33,809 nucleotides of DNA from Octopus sinensis (GCF_006345805.1 NW_021831972.1:1-33809); one strand, 5' to 3'; counted from the first letter of the stretch, positions 1-13,889 are shown. Notes: a model not told the origin generated them from the sequence alone. Program-made: numbers and translations.

Positions 1-139
1 AATATAAAGTTATATTTCTTGGTGAAACATGGCACGGCAATTCAAATCCACTGACAATATTCTGCGTTGTATTTGCGTAAAGGATCGTCTCCGAATTAGA
101 TTAATTAAATGAACTGTGTTAATGAAAACTCAGAAAATA

Positions 140-512
140 GGTGCAGGTGTGGCTGTGTCGTAAGAAGCTTGCTTCACAACCATATGGTTGGTGATCAGTC
201 CCACTGCGTCACACCTTGAGCAATTCTGCTATAGCCTCGGGCCGACCAAAGCTTTGTGAGTGGGTTTGGTTGACAGAAACTGAAAGAAGCCCATCGTATG
301 TTTATATATCTATGTGTGCCTTTGTGTCTGGTTGTCTTCCCTCACTGATTGACAACAGGTGTTGGCGTGTTTAGCAGTTCGGCAAAAGTGACTGATAGAA
401 TAAGTACCTGGCTTTAAAAAATGTACTGCGATCGATTCATTCGAATAACAAGTCTGCAAGATGGTGCTCCAGCATGGCTGTAGTTTAATTGCTGAAACAA
501 ATAAAAGATAAA
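140..512 (+). mobile_element. tRNA-derived SINE, family A (octopus-type)
   Basis: Head GGTGCAGGTGTGGCTGTGTCGTAAGAAGCTTGCTTC...CAGTCCCACTGCG and tail GGTGCTCCAGCATGGCTG...CTGAAACAAATAAAAG; homologous copies at 4807, 19147, 25447, 27372, 33058. Confidence 0.85.
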
Positions 513-585
513 AATGTAAACCTTCGCTAGTTTGAATGAATTACCAGGATGAGAAACATTTAATCAATATACAAACACCTATCAA

Positions 586-625
586 TCTCTCTCTCACTCA
601 CTCACTCATTCTCTCTCTCTCTCTG

Positions 626-700
<75 letters not shown>
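586..700. repeat. (CT)n + (TCTA)n microsatellite
   Basis: Direct reading; pure TCTA run 626-700. Confidence 0.97.
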
Positions 701-704
<4 letters not shown>

Positions 705-1078
705 ACTGAGTGTGTAATCACTGCTGATTACTCGAAATTAATGATATTGATCGTTACAGACAATACATTGTTACTCAGAGTTTCATAACCATGTTATGTC
801 AAACAGTTATCAAATGGCAACCTGAAACATATTGCAAAATAACCTTGGTGTATAATTGTTTTCCATAATGCGTTATGCGGTAAAAAAATTGTTTGGCAGC
901 CGTAAACCCATTACATTTAAATAGTTTTATGAGTGTCTTGTTTCCCTTGAGAACTTATAAATGGAAAAGGCTCAAGACTCATCGACAGAAGACTTAAATG
1001 AGATGGACGGCGGCGGTTGTACTTAATGGGAGAGGAGTATCACAAGTTAAAGTGTTGGTAATATAAAGTATGAAAGAG

Positions 1079-4000
1079 CTTTGTTTCATGGAGGAGGAAA
1101 GATCTTTTTTAGTACTTGGTTGTACAATGCTTTCCAATGTGTGTAGTAGTGGCGCGCGCACACATTATTAGCCATTTGAAAAGACTATGGAATTTACAAT
1201 TAACTGCACCAGGGTTCCTCTTCCCCAGGGAACCAGACCTAATGGTATACCTGCGGATGTAGGTCCAGCCCCTGCTTTGCCGGGTCCTGTCTCTGATCAT
1301 GTTGCACCTCCAAGGGCATCCATTGACGGTGATGCCCTCAATCTTAACAGACGGGTATCACCTGATGGAGAAGAGTCAGCCCCCAACCAAACAACACCAA
1401 ACAAACACCTCATCAGCTGTAAAAATCATACGATACTCAGCACCCTCAATGCCCGCACCCTCGGCTCTCTTGGCCGTCTAGAAGAACTTGGTGCAAATGC
1501 AGAATCACATGGCATTGATATAATAGCTGTCCAAGAACACCGATTTTACCACCTTGACAACATCCTCAAATACCATCAAGTCGGTTCTTATCAACTTGTA
1601 ACCTCCTCAGCATCAAAGAATACTGTTAATTCAACAGTTGGAGGTATCGGATTTCTACTTTCATCAAAGGCTAGTGATACTCTCTTGAGTATAGAGTCAA
1701 TCTCACCTAGAATTATGGTGCTTGAGATAGATGGAAACCCAAAAACAACATTGGTGTGTGTGTATAGCCCACATAATTCGTCTGTGGCAGACGAAATTGA
1801 AAATTTCTATACAACCCTTCGTTCAACCATTGAGCAAGTACCTCTCCATAATTTTCTGGTTATAGCTGGTGATCTGAATGCTAGACTAGGACCCGATGAG
1901 ACCAAGTTTACTTTCAACTCTAAAACCAATCGGAACGGAGAAATGCTCAAAGACTTCTTGGAGGAATTTAATCTCTACACCTCCAACAATTCTTTTATGA
2001 AACCAAAAGGTCGACTTTGGACATTTGAGTCCCCACTTGGTGATAGGGCACAAATTGACTACCTCATCTTTCGAAAGAAATGGCGCAATAGTGTTAAGGA
2101 CTCGAGATCCTACTCTTCCTTTAGTTCTGTCGGCTCTGACCACAGAATTGTATCAGCTACCGTTAAGCTTAGTCTTCGCTCATCCAAAAAAACTAAGCCT
2201 CATCCGATCAAAATGATCGACTGGGAGGAAGTCTTATCTAACCCCGATATGTCCAAACAATTTACTATTGAGGTCTATAACAAATTTCAATCTCTGTCTA
2301 CTTCTGAAATAGATGCTGAGAACATTGAGGAAGTATACAGCAGCCTCATCAAATCAACAGAGGAAGTTGCACTGGCTACTCTTCCAAAAGGAAGAGTAGG
2401 GGCCAGAGCAAACCTTCTAATTCCCCAAATGTCATCGAAGCCAGAAACCATCTAAAGTCTATATCACTTGCTTACCACCGTTCTCCATCCCAGTCACTGA
2501 AGATCCAACTCATAGCTGCCAGGAAGAATCTTGATGAGTCTTACTTGAACGCCGAGGTCGAATTTATCAATGGCAAAATTAGTAAACTATCGAAAGAGCA
2601 CATTAGTAAAAAACACCATCTCGCCTGGAAATCCATCAAAGACCTATCAGGCAAAAATTCTGGGTCATCAATTAGAATTAAAGGGGGATCAGCTAAGAAG
2701 CGTTTAGAAAATTGGTCAACCCATTTTAAAAACCTCCTTGGGAAGAATGCCAAAATCCCTGATAACCCCAATCTCCCAAGTGTGCCTATATCAGACACGC
2801 TGGACATCAACACCTCCCCTTTTACCATACTTGAACTAACAGCAGCCACCAAGCAACTAAAAGCCTCGAAAGCATTTGGTCCCGACAACATTCCGGCTGT
2901 GATTTGGAAGGATGATAGATTTCACACACTTTTGCTCAACCTCTGCAACCACACACTTTCCACCTTTGTCGCTCCAAAGATTTGGCACCAATCTCAAATC
3001 ATTCCAATACCCAAAAAAGGCGATTTGTCCCTCGTCACCAACTACAGGGGCATATCTCTAATGTCAATTGCTGCAAAACTGTACAACAAACTGATCCTAA
3101 ATCGTCTTGTCCTTTTTGTTGAACCTTTGCTCCGAAAGAACCAAAATGGATTCAGACATGGGCGCTCAACGCTGAGCCAGATACTATGCCTGCGCAGACT
3201 TATTGAAGAATCAAAAGCATTTAATCGCGATCTTGCAATGGCATTTGTAGACTTTTCTAAAGCGTTCGATTCTGTAGATAGGTACAAGATGTTTGAAATC
3301 CTTAAGCTCTATGGGATACCAGACAAAATTATTTCTGCCATCAAGGCCCTCTACACAGATACGTCTTCAACCATCTTAACCCCTGATGGAGAAACATCAT
3401 CTTTCTCAATCGAAGCCGGAATACTGCAGGGAGACACACTCGCCCCATTTCTTTTCATCATTGTTGTTGATTATGTGCTACGTATGTCAGTTGATACCAT
3501 CTCTGGCAAGGGCTTTGAAATAAAACCAAGAAGAAGTTCCAGACACCCAGCTGAGTACTTGACAGACACTGACTTTGCTGACGACATCGCTCTTATCAGT
3601 GATTCTCTCTCCAATGCCCAGTCTCTTTTACAATCTCTTGAACAAGCCTCAAATTGTGTAGGTCTTTACCTCAATGAGGCCAAAACTGAATACATAAACA
3701 AGTGCCTGTCCAACAGTGATTGCATCATCCACACTCTCAACAGTGCGCCTTTAAATATGGTTTCTGATTATAAATATCTTGGGTCATACATATCATCATC
3801 TGGAAAAGACTGTCTAACTAGAAAGGGTATGGCCTGGTCAGCCTGTAATGACATGCATAAGATCTGGTCATCAAATCTAAGTAGAGACTTCAAACTTGAA
3901 ATATTCAAAGCCACAGTCGAACCAATCCTACTATATGGCTCAGAAACCTGGACGTTATCAAAGAAGCTTGAGAGGCGGTTGGATGGAACCTACACTTGCC

Positions 4001-4344
4001 TCCTTATGAGAGCTCAAAATCTCTCGTGGAGGCGCCATCCAACTAAAATGCAAATATATGGGAAATTACCACCTGTGTCATCTCTTGTGAAGGGTAGGAG
4101 AGTCCAGTTTGCTGGACATTGTTGTAGAGCTGAAAAAGAAGTAATTTCTACTCTTCTCCTCTGGAAGCCATCTACTCGCAACACCAGAGGGCGCACACTC
4201 TCCTACCCTGATGTAATCTCCAGGGATACAAGCATCCAGCAACAGGACCTCCGTAATGCTATGATGGACCGTGAAGTCTGGCGCAACATAGTAAATTCCA
4301 TTGTCTCGACCACGGTCGAACAATGATGATGATGATGATGATGA
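1079..4344 (+). mobile_element. Near-full-length RTE-clade LINE (single APE-RT ORF)
   Basis: APE and RT motifs, (TGA)7 tail at 4324-4344, direct repeat ATGAAAGAG at 1070-1078 and 4341-4349 (TSD). Confidence 0.92.
1187..4326 (+). pseudogene. APE endonuclease-reverse transcriptase ORF (~1046 aa when rejoined), broken by one -1 frameshift near 2386-2389
   Basis: APE motifs TLNART, IAVQEH, YSPH, AGDLNARLG, QIDY, SDH in ORF 1187-2455; RT motifs NYRGISL, QNGFR, DFSKAFD, QGDTLAPFLF, FADD, YKYLGS, LLYGSETW in ORF 2545-4326; the downstream frame is open back to 2329. Confidence 0.92.
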
Positions 4345-4589
4345 AAGAGTGTGTTGTTTATTATAAAGTGCTGAGTAGTTGTGATATTGTGAGTTTTATA
4401 GTGAAGACAGCAATGAAGTAAATGAGATTGTTACTAGCCAACAATTAAGTGTTGATCCTACCTCAGATATGGAGATAAGTTTTGGAAGATAACAGAGTCG
4501 AAATATTAAACTGGAAATTGTAGTTGCAGAGTAGGTGACACTCGGAGAGTCTATTGGAGGAAGGCGAAGGGAGAAATGAAGATGAAATA

Positions 4590-4591
<2 letters not shown>

Positions 4592-4647
<56 letters not shown>

Positions 4648-4763
4648 TAGAGTGATCCAGTTAAATAAGATAGTATCGGTCTTTCAGACAGGTGGTGCTA
4701 GGAATTTCCAGTGCATTGGTTTATGTGTGTGTGTGGATATGTGCGTCTGAAAATTCTTCATAT

Positions 4764-4805
<42 letters not shown>
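4592..4805. repeat. (TG)n (4592-4646) and (TA)n (4766-4805) microsatellites
   Basis: Direct reading. Confidence 0.95.
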
Positions 4806-5546
<741 letters not shown>

Positions 5547-5607
<61 letters not shown>

Positions 5608-5637
5608 TAGATAGATAGATGATAGATAGATAGATAA

Positions 5638-5688
<51 letters not shown>

Positions 5689-5694
5689 CATGCA

Positions 5695-5733
<39 letters not shown>

Positions 5734-5800
5734 GCATATATGTGTGTGTGTGATAGATACATGCATGTGCGTGTGTATATGTGTGTGTTTGTATGTGTAT
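5547..5800. repeat. Compound microsatellite (TA)n(GA)n(GATA)n(TA)n(TG)n
   Basis: Direct reading. Confidence 0.95.
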
Positions 5801-6289
5801 GCAAGTGCAGTATAAATACCTAGTTTCTCACTTATGAGTTCCTAGTTTACATTGCACTACGTTCCATCTCGGGCAAGTGTTATCTTCAACAGCCTCGAGT
5901 GAACCCAAATTTTGTCAGTAAAACTGGAGAGATGGAGACAATATAGACTGTACATGCAATTCGACTGTGTCACACACTGTTTCACATTTCTTTGCTTGGA
6001 GATTTCGTAACTGGTACACGTGTTTGTGCAATACTCAGCCACTTGATATGAATTTACTGTCATAGCTGATCAAATATGTTTAAATTGAAGAAATGCAGTT
6101 CTAGGCCATGAAGGATAGATTTGGTGTCCATAGCTGATGAAGCGCAACAACGCAGAAATACGTATCCGTTGCCGTGATTCAGGACCAGTGATGTGTTTTT
6201 CACACATATCTGTAATGGGAATTTCTCTCCCAATAGAATTTGCGCTGCGAAAGTCTTTCAGATATCGATCTTTCAAATATCGATATCTG

Positions 6290-6570
6290 CTCTCCAGATA
6301 TCAAAAGTTCGCGTCTTCAAATCTCTGCTCCTCCCTGCCATGCTCTATAGTTGCAAGACTTGGACACTGCCTGAAGCTCTTACGAGTATCCCGAATTCCT
6401 TTGATACCAGAACGCTTCGCAGGTTACCACTGGTCGTATTTTGTATCCAACCAACCGTTATACTTAGAAACTAGAAAGCGTCCTGTTGCTTGTATGATTT
6501 AGGAGTGCTAGCTCGGAATATCTGGTCATGTTGCTTGATTTTATGAGTTGAATACTACATACCGTGTTCT
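6290..6570 (+). pseudogene. Old decayed RTE-like LINE C-terminal fragment
   Basis: KVRVFKSLLLPAMLYSCKTWTL...RTLRR, then in a shifted frame GYHWSYFVSNQ...LETR; resembles the RTE LLYG(C/S)ETW region also present in the 1079-4344 element. Confidence 0.7.
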
Positions 6571-6758
6571 GAACACCCGGCTAGAGTGACGGCTCAGTTT
6601 TGTTGGCTACATACCACTTGTTCACAGTAGACAAGAAAGTATCTTGCTGAGGTGGACCTGAACTAAAGGTTTTTCCATGCTTGAGTGTGCACGAACGTAT
6701 TAATAATAACTATACACACCTATATTTCAATAAACGCTTCTTTGTGAACCCGTGGTTA

Positions 6759-6760
<2 letters not shown>

Positions 6761-6851
<91 letters not shown>

Positions 6852-6862
6852 TTATCTATCTA
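6761..6862. repeat. (TCTA)n microsatellite, 5' flank of Tx1-like copy 1
   Basis: Direct reading. Confidence 0.97.
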
Positions 6863-7894
6863 GGACGTCGACGAGGAGTACCTGACCCGCCTGTTCGGGA
6901 CGACTTTCGGGCCAGGGCCCATGGACAACTTCCAGAGATCCCTGGCCTGGCAGTGCTACCGAGAAGCGCTACCCGTTCGGGATAAGCTCTACAGACACGG
7001 CTCGAGAAACACGGGGCCGACCTGCCCGAGATGCGGTCAGAGCGACGAAACCGTTCTGCACGCACTCGTGCAGTGTCCAACAATTTCCGACCTGTGGGCT
7101 TATGTCGAACAACTGCTGTCACGTGTGGGACGAGTCGGTTTATCAGCTGAGTCTATCGTCAATATTGTCACGCCTCCATCCTTCAAACGGGAAGGAAGAG
7201 CTATTTTCATCATCCTTGTGGCTATGGCGAAAGAATGTATCTGGTGGACGTGTTTGAAAGGATTGGAGACAAACACTTTCCTCTCTGGTCAATCTCTCAT
7301 CAACTTCTTCAAGTACCACTTGAAAAGGAAAGTGAGAGTAGAGAGGCAAGTTTTGTCTAGGGAATGTTTTAAAAAAAGATGGGTGAATGTAGCAAGGATG
7401 GCACGTATGAATGACGAAGCCACCTTGAGCATAATCCTATGAACCCAGAAATTGAAAACAGAGGGTTACCCACTTGCAAACAAATGTGGTAACATATAAC
7501 AATATTGACCAAGGTTACCGTGGTCTTTTGGTAGGCTTTTCTTCCCACGGATAAACCTTACTTGCTTTCCCCTTTACACCATATATCATAACACTGTGAT
7601 ACACGATCCCTATTGATCGTTTTTTTTCCTCTTCCCCCTTTTTCCCCTTTTTTCTTCTTTTTCATTTCTCTTTCCTTTTGTTCCTTTTCCTTTTCTTTTT
7701 TTTCTTTTTATTCCTTTTATTTTATTCAAATTTTTTTTTGTTCTTTTCTTCCCTTTTACGATCCCTCTTGATCGAAAACCTACGCCACCCCTTTTTTTTT
7801 CTTTTGTTTTTTGTTCTCTTCATCCCCCAAAAGAAAAGCTCTACCTTGTAACTTGTCCCATCTGTGTGCAGCCCTGTGTGGCCAATAAAGAAAC
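6863..7894 (+). mobile_element. 5'-truncated Tx1/L1-type LINE, copy 1 (ORF2 C-terminus + 3' UTR)
   Basis: Open frame to TGA at 7440-7442 with CCHC zinc knuckle CPRCGQSDETVLHALVQC preceded by W..Y.EALPV; pyrimidine-rich 3' UTR ending AATAAAGAAAC. Confidence 0.88.
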
Positions 7895-8181
<287 letters not shown>

Positions 8182-9295
8182 CCGCGAGTGTCGCGTTGCT
8201 CTCAAGCAACTCTGCCGTCCTGGGTCGACCTTAAGTGACTTCAACACAACCAAAGCATTCTATAGGGGTTTAGTGGAGGGGAGGTACGACGACGAGCTCG
8301 GGGCGAACCTGGACGTCGACGAGGAGTACCTGACCCGCCTGTTCGGGACGACTTTCGGGCCAGGGCCCATGGACAACTTCCAGAGATCCCTGGCCTGGCA
8401 GTGCTACCGAGAAGCGCTACCCGTTCGGGATAAGCTCTACAGACACGGCTCGAGAAACACGGGGCCGACCTGCCCGAGATGCGGTCAGAGCGACGAAACC
8501 GTTCTGCACGCACTCGTTCAGTGTCCAACAATTTCCGACCTGTGGGCTTATGTCGAACAACTGCTGTCACGTGTGGGACGAGTCGGTTTATCAGCTGAGT
8601 CTATCGTCAATATTGTCACGCCTCCTTCCTTCAAACGGGAAGGAAGAGCTATTTTCATCATCCTTGTGGCTATGGCGAAAGAATGTATCTGGTGGACGCG
8701 TCTGAAAGGATTGGAGACAAACACTTTCCTCTCTGGTCAATCTCTCATCAACTTCTTCAAGTACCACTTGAAAAGGAAAGTGAGAGTAGAGAGGCAAGTT
8801 TTGTCTAGCGAATGTTTTAAAAAAAGATGGGTGAATGTAGCAAGAATGGCACGTATGAATGACGAAGCCACCTTGAGCATAGTCCTATGAACCCAGAAAT
8901 CGAAAACAGAGAGTTGCTTATTTGCAAAAAAAAAAAAAAAAAAAAAAGAAATAAAAGTGACTTCATTGACCGAGGTTACCGTGGTCTTTTCCGCAGGCTT
9001 TTCTTTCCACGGGTAAACCTCACCTGTCCTCCCCTTTACACTTCATATTGACATTTCTGTGATAACGATCCCTATTGATCATTTTTTTTTCCTCTCCCCC
9101 CCCTTTTTTTTTTTTTTTTTTTTTTAACCCCCCTTATTTTTGTCCTCTTTCTCTCCTTTTACGATCCCTTTTGATCGAACCTCCCCCTTTCTTTTTTTTC
9201 TTTTTTTTTTTTTTTTTTTTAATACCTTCAAAAGAAAAGCTCTACCTTGTAATTTGTTCTATCTGTGTGCAGCCCTGTGTGGCTAATAAAGAAAC
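8182..9295 (+). mobile_element. 5'-truncated Tx1/L1-type LINE, copy 2
   Basis: Frame open from 8183 to 8890; same zinc knuckle; 7 substitutions versus copy 1 over the 580 shared coding nt; same AATAAAGAAAC end. Confidence 0.88.
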
Positions 9296-9377
9296 ATATC
9301 TATCTATCTATCTATCTATCTGTCTCTCTGTCTGTCTGTCTGTCTGTCTGCCTATCTGTCTGTCTGTCTGTCCGTCC

Positions 9378-9436
<59 letters not shown>

Positions 9437-9517
9437 CATCTATCTATCTATCTTTCTCTCTATCACCGATGAAAAGAGATATATACATATATATGCATGC
9501 ATATATATATATATGCA

Positions 9518-9561
<44 letters not shown>

Positions 9562-9649
9562 TATATGTATGTATGCATGCATCATGCATGTATGTATGTA
9601 TGTATCTATGTATGTGTGCGTGCGTGTGTGTGTGTGTATGTGTGTGTGT

Positions 9650-9697
<48 letters not shown>
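9296..9697. repeat. Compound (TCTA)n(TCTG)n(TA)n(TATG)n(TG)n microsatellite
   Basis: Direct reading. Confidence 0.95.
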
Positions 9698-9699
<2 letters not shown>

Positions 9700-9954
9700 C
9701 AATTGTCGTTATAACTATTGCAAGCAAAACCGCTATAAAATAACGTTAACATATGGTAAGCAATAATAAAGCCGCTATAAAACCGCCATAATAATTTTAT
9801 GTTTTCCTTATATACGGCTTAGAAAAGTGAGGTCTTCATGCCGTGGTAGCGGTGGGTAATTATGTGTGTGCGTACGGGAAGGTGGGGGATTGTTCAATGG
9901 GGAAATAATAAAAGCAATAATGAGAAGAGATAATCACGACGGCAATAAATGACT

Positions 9955-10006
9955 AAATAATAATAATAGTAACAACAACAACAATAATAATATAATAATA
10001 ATAATA

Positions 10007-10051
<45 letters not shown>

Positions 10052-10175
10052 TAACAACAAAGACTAATAAGAAATGGTAGTTGTAGTGGTGATGATGATG
10101 GTGACAACGACGCTGATGATAATGACGACGACGATGACCACATGATGACGATGATGATGACCATGATGATAGTAT
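9955..10175. repeat. (AAT)n/(AAC)n/(GAT)n trinucleotide low-complexity tract
   Basis: Direct reading. Confidence 0.93.
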
Positions 10176-10963
10176 TATTATAGCAAGCTCCAAGCGAGTC
10201 TCCTCATCACCCTAAGACGAAGACCACCTCCACCACTACCACCACCAGCGTACCCCCAGCGTAAATCTCAGGTGTGTATTTGTGCACCTATTGTTTGGCA
10301 TTTGTTCACGTTTTCTTTGTTGTAAAGTTTATTTGTTTCTGGTGTTACTTGAATGTCTTATTTATTTGTTGAGTAAGAAATATTTGTATTTTTGTCATTG
10401 GTTGACGCGTATATATGGAGAGTGTGTGTGAGCGTGCGGTGAGAGCGATTGTGTTGTCGGCATATTGTTCAGTATATTTATTTACAGTTACTACCAATGT
10501 GTGGAGAAGGGAGAATTTGGTCGGAGTCCTTACAGACCCTACGAGAACGGCGAGACTGGTGCAGCTAACAATCAGCTTAAATTTTTGTAAATCCAAACCT
10601 CCACGAAGAAAATTTCAGAGGAACGCAAATCTAGAGTGAATGAACTGGAATTGGTGGCTGGTGTAGCAACTGGTGGAAGTTAGGAGACACAAAATGGGTG
10701 ATAAAAGAAAGACAAAAATGAATGAGTCAGAAGTGCTAGAGTGAAGGTGTTGCGAAACGAGTCAGCTTTCTCTGAGGAGCAGGAACCATTATAGTATATT
10801 TCTTTTCCGTTTTTTTTATTGGTAAGGTTGGCTGAGGTGATTCTCACCAAAGCTCAAAATATTCTTTTTTGATAACATATGGAATTTTATCTCTGAGAAA
10901 TAGAAAAATTTCCAACAAACGACTATATACACTCTAATGGAAACCACAGTCTAGTTTTATATT

Positions 10964-11362
10964 CTTTTCTACTCAAGGTACAAGGCCCGAAATTTTGGGG
11001 GTAGGGGTCCAGTCGAATAGATCGATCCCACTACACAACTGGTACTTAATTTATCGACCCAGAAAGGATGAAAGGCAAAGTCTACCTCGGCAGAATTTGA
11101 ACTCAGAACGTAAAGACAAACAAAATACTTATTTCTTTACAAACCACAAGGGGCTACACATAGAGGAGACAAACAAGGACAAACAAACGGATTAAGTCGA
11201 TTACATCGTCCCCAGTGCGTAACTGGTACTTAATTTATCGACCCCGAAAGGATGAAAGGCAAAGTCGACCTCGGCAGAATTTGAACTCAGAACGTAGCGG
11301 CAGACGAAATACCGCTAAGCACTTTGCCTGGCGTACTTACGATTCTGCCAGCTCGTCACCCT
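10964..11362 (-). mobile_element. Dimeric SINE of family B with 16-bp TSD
   Basis: Two copies of the core TTGAACTCAGAACGTA / GAAAGGATGAAAGGCAAAGT / CTGGTACTTAATTTATCGACCC; AGTCTAGTTTTATATT at 10948-10963 and 11363-11378. Confidence 0.9.
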
Positions 11363-12117
11363 AGTCTAGTTTTATATTAGGAGAAAGATGTAAATAATTA
11401 ATTAGTTACATAGAATTTCACTTGTCCGTTAACAGTAATTAGTGGTATCTAAGAAAAGAAAAAAGACGGTAAAATAGTGAGTCAAAGTTTGAATATGTGT
11501 TTGTGAGGGCTTCTTTATCAATCTGTCAAGTGACCGTTTTCTGTTCTTAGGTGTGTGTACCAGTGTATATGTGTAAGTATGCGTGTGTATGTGCATGTCT
11601 GTGTATGTGTGTGTGTATGTATGTGTGTGTGTGTGCGTGCGTGCGTGTGTGTGTGTGTGTGGTGTGTGTGTGTGTGGTGTGTGTGTGTGTGAGACAGTAG
11701 CACTGTTCCAGGTCTGGTGGTAATGTATTATTGTGGGTTTCACATTATGGATTTGTGGTTGTTGGCGGCTTGAGATGTGTTTTGATTCTAAAGAGAAGAG
11801 TTAGTCTTTGAGATGACGTCTTAGCTGGTAAAGATGAACGTGCCCAATGAGAGGTCCTCAGTGATAGCAAGGTTTAGCATTTGGAGTGATTATAAAGGCT
11901 CTAATAGCGTACTACTTACGTTAAAGGTGAGGTGCGATGGTGTGTTCTTGATATGAACTTACGATCCCATTAAAGAATGCTTTTGCGATCTCTGTGCAAA
12001 TATACTATTTTGCAAGGACCGAGAGGTCAGAAATGATGCATTCAGTTGTTTGTTTATGATGATTGCACAGTCGGCAGTTGATAGTGACCCCTTGTTTCAT
12101 ATTTTGTTGTTGTAGAG

Positions 12118-12331
12118 ACGGTAGTGAGCTGGCAAAATCATTAGCTCTCCGGGTAAAATGCTTAGCGGCATTTCGTCCTTCTTTACCTTCAAATTCCACC
12201 GAGGTCGACTTTACCTTTCATCCTTTCAGGGCTAATAAAATAAGCACCAGTTGAGTACTGGGGGTCAATTTAATTGACTAATTCCCGCCCTCGAATTTGC
12301 TGGCCTTGTGCCAGAATTTGAAACCAATATT
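12118..12331 (+). mobile_element. SINE family B monomer (tail type 2)
   Basis: GAGCTGGCAAAATC...TTCAAATTCCACCGAGGTCGACTTTACCTTTCATCCTTTC...GCTGGCCTTGTGCCAGAATTTGAAACC. Confidence 0.85.
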
Positions 12332-12558
12332 AGTCTCATTCTTCTTTAGTATCCTTTTTGGTATTTTTTCACTACTCATTTCAAATTTTCTTCTCCATTA
12401 GTTAGTTATTTATCCAGGTGCTTCTGATCTTAATTCTCTGAATTTAGGTCTAGGGTGCAATTAAATATTTTCAATTTTAGCTAATTTGTTTCCTTTTATC
12501 CTAGAGAGGAGGATTTTAGAACGTCAGATGTGTAATCTTGGATTTAGCCGACTTACGG

Positions 12559-13858
12559 GCCAAGGTGTTTGCTAAGAGAGCGGGGCATGTTGTTGGTACT
12601 CTGGCGAGTGAGGTACAGACATGTAACATATCAGACAGGTCTATTTCTGACAACCTCCAACTCACGCGATTCATCATAAAAAGCTGGTTCAATAATCTGG
12701 CATGGGAGGGAGCCCCTATCCATTTAAATCAGTTGAAAGCTTTCGATAAGATCGACCACCAATATCTGGCGGCTTTCCTTAAGGGAGCTGGGTTCTTAAC
12801 CAGTCTTCCGAAGCTGGATCAGAGCAATGTTCAGCGATGCAGAAGGTCCATGTTTGCATAAGCAGACGATATCACCGTCATAGTGTCGGGCGCCAAACAC
12901 ACTGTTGGGTGATCGGTATTGCTGAAAGGAACGTGAGGCGGTGACAGGATCTAAAATTAACCATGTCGTTAGGCCGGTAATTCGGCACCTGAAGTAGCAG
13001 ATCCATTCCATCCAACAACATCGTGGAGCGCTTAGCAGACGGACCGGTCCAATTGCTCGAAATTTGGTTTAATGCAAACTTCTAGGTGAACAAGTAATGA
13101 ACAGCGTGGTAACTCTCTCACAGAAATGGGCCGGAAAGAGGGGGGGAAATGCTTCCAATTCATCCATTAACTATTTCCACCGGAAAAGCAGGATAAGGTA
13201 CCTTACCCTGCTTTATGGCCGACGAGAATGGAATGTTTGTTTTTTCTGCTTCCAGATTCTCAACTGCTTTGCGTGAAGGAGTGGACACACTAAGGCTATA
13301 GAAGCACAGGAATACCCTGAGGCTACGATATCTCCAGTGATTCCTTGGTGGTTGCCATTTGTTAGACGTGCTTTTCAGCAGCTTGTTCCTTTGACAGAAT
13401 TGCCGTTCAGGAGTAAGCGTAGACCGAGACAGGACACCTGACATCGAGTGCCCGACAGCACTCAGCCCGCTGCCAGAGAATTATAGGTGGGTGAGTGCGA
13501 CTCCGTTCTCGGAGTAATCCTGGGTGTCAGTGGAAATCAACTGGATCACTTAGAAAAGAAAGTGAGGGTGGAGAGGGAAGTGTAGCCTTCCAGGAAGTTT
13601 GTAAAACGGTGGTTCAAAAAAGCGAGGATGGCATAAACGAATAGAACTACTTTAAGTATGCACCGGTTGGCTGAAAATTATGGAGGAGAGAGTGGAATAT
13701 TTTCTCTGGTACTCCTATTGAGCAGGGTGATTTGGGATCTGCAGCATTCTTTCGTTGTCCTAGAAGTTCTCCTACATTTGGAGGATTGCCTCATAATAAT
13801 CTTGCTGATATTGTATATCGCCCCCTTTGTCCGTTGTGCTGGTGGGAAATAAAAGAAA
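12559..13858 (+). mobile_element. Old, internally deleted Tx1-like LINE related to copies 1 and 2
   Basis: RT motifs AKVFAKR...QTC...RSISDNL...NQLKAFDKIDHQYL and A*ADDIT (~12855); 13548-13660 aligns with the C-terminal coding region of copies 1 and 2 (CACTT.GAAA.GAAAGTGAG.GT.GAGAGG); ends CTGGTGGGAAATAAAAGAAA + (TCA)n. Confidence 0.8.
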
Positions 13859-13889
13859 TCATCATCATCGTCATCGTCGTCGTCGTCGT

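Noticed and set aside
2381-2395. Programmed -1 ribosomal frameshift between APE and RT
   Set aside because: No X XXY YYZ slippery heptamer (CCAAAAG); RTE elements have a single ORF, so a 1-nt deletion or sequencing error is simpler
10345-10720. Possible exon or LINE ORF1 remnant
   Set aside because: Short ORFs with no recognisable motif; nothing supportable without a database search
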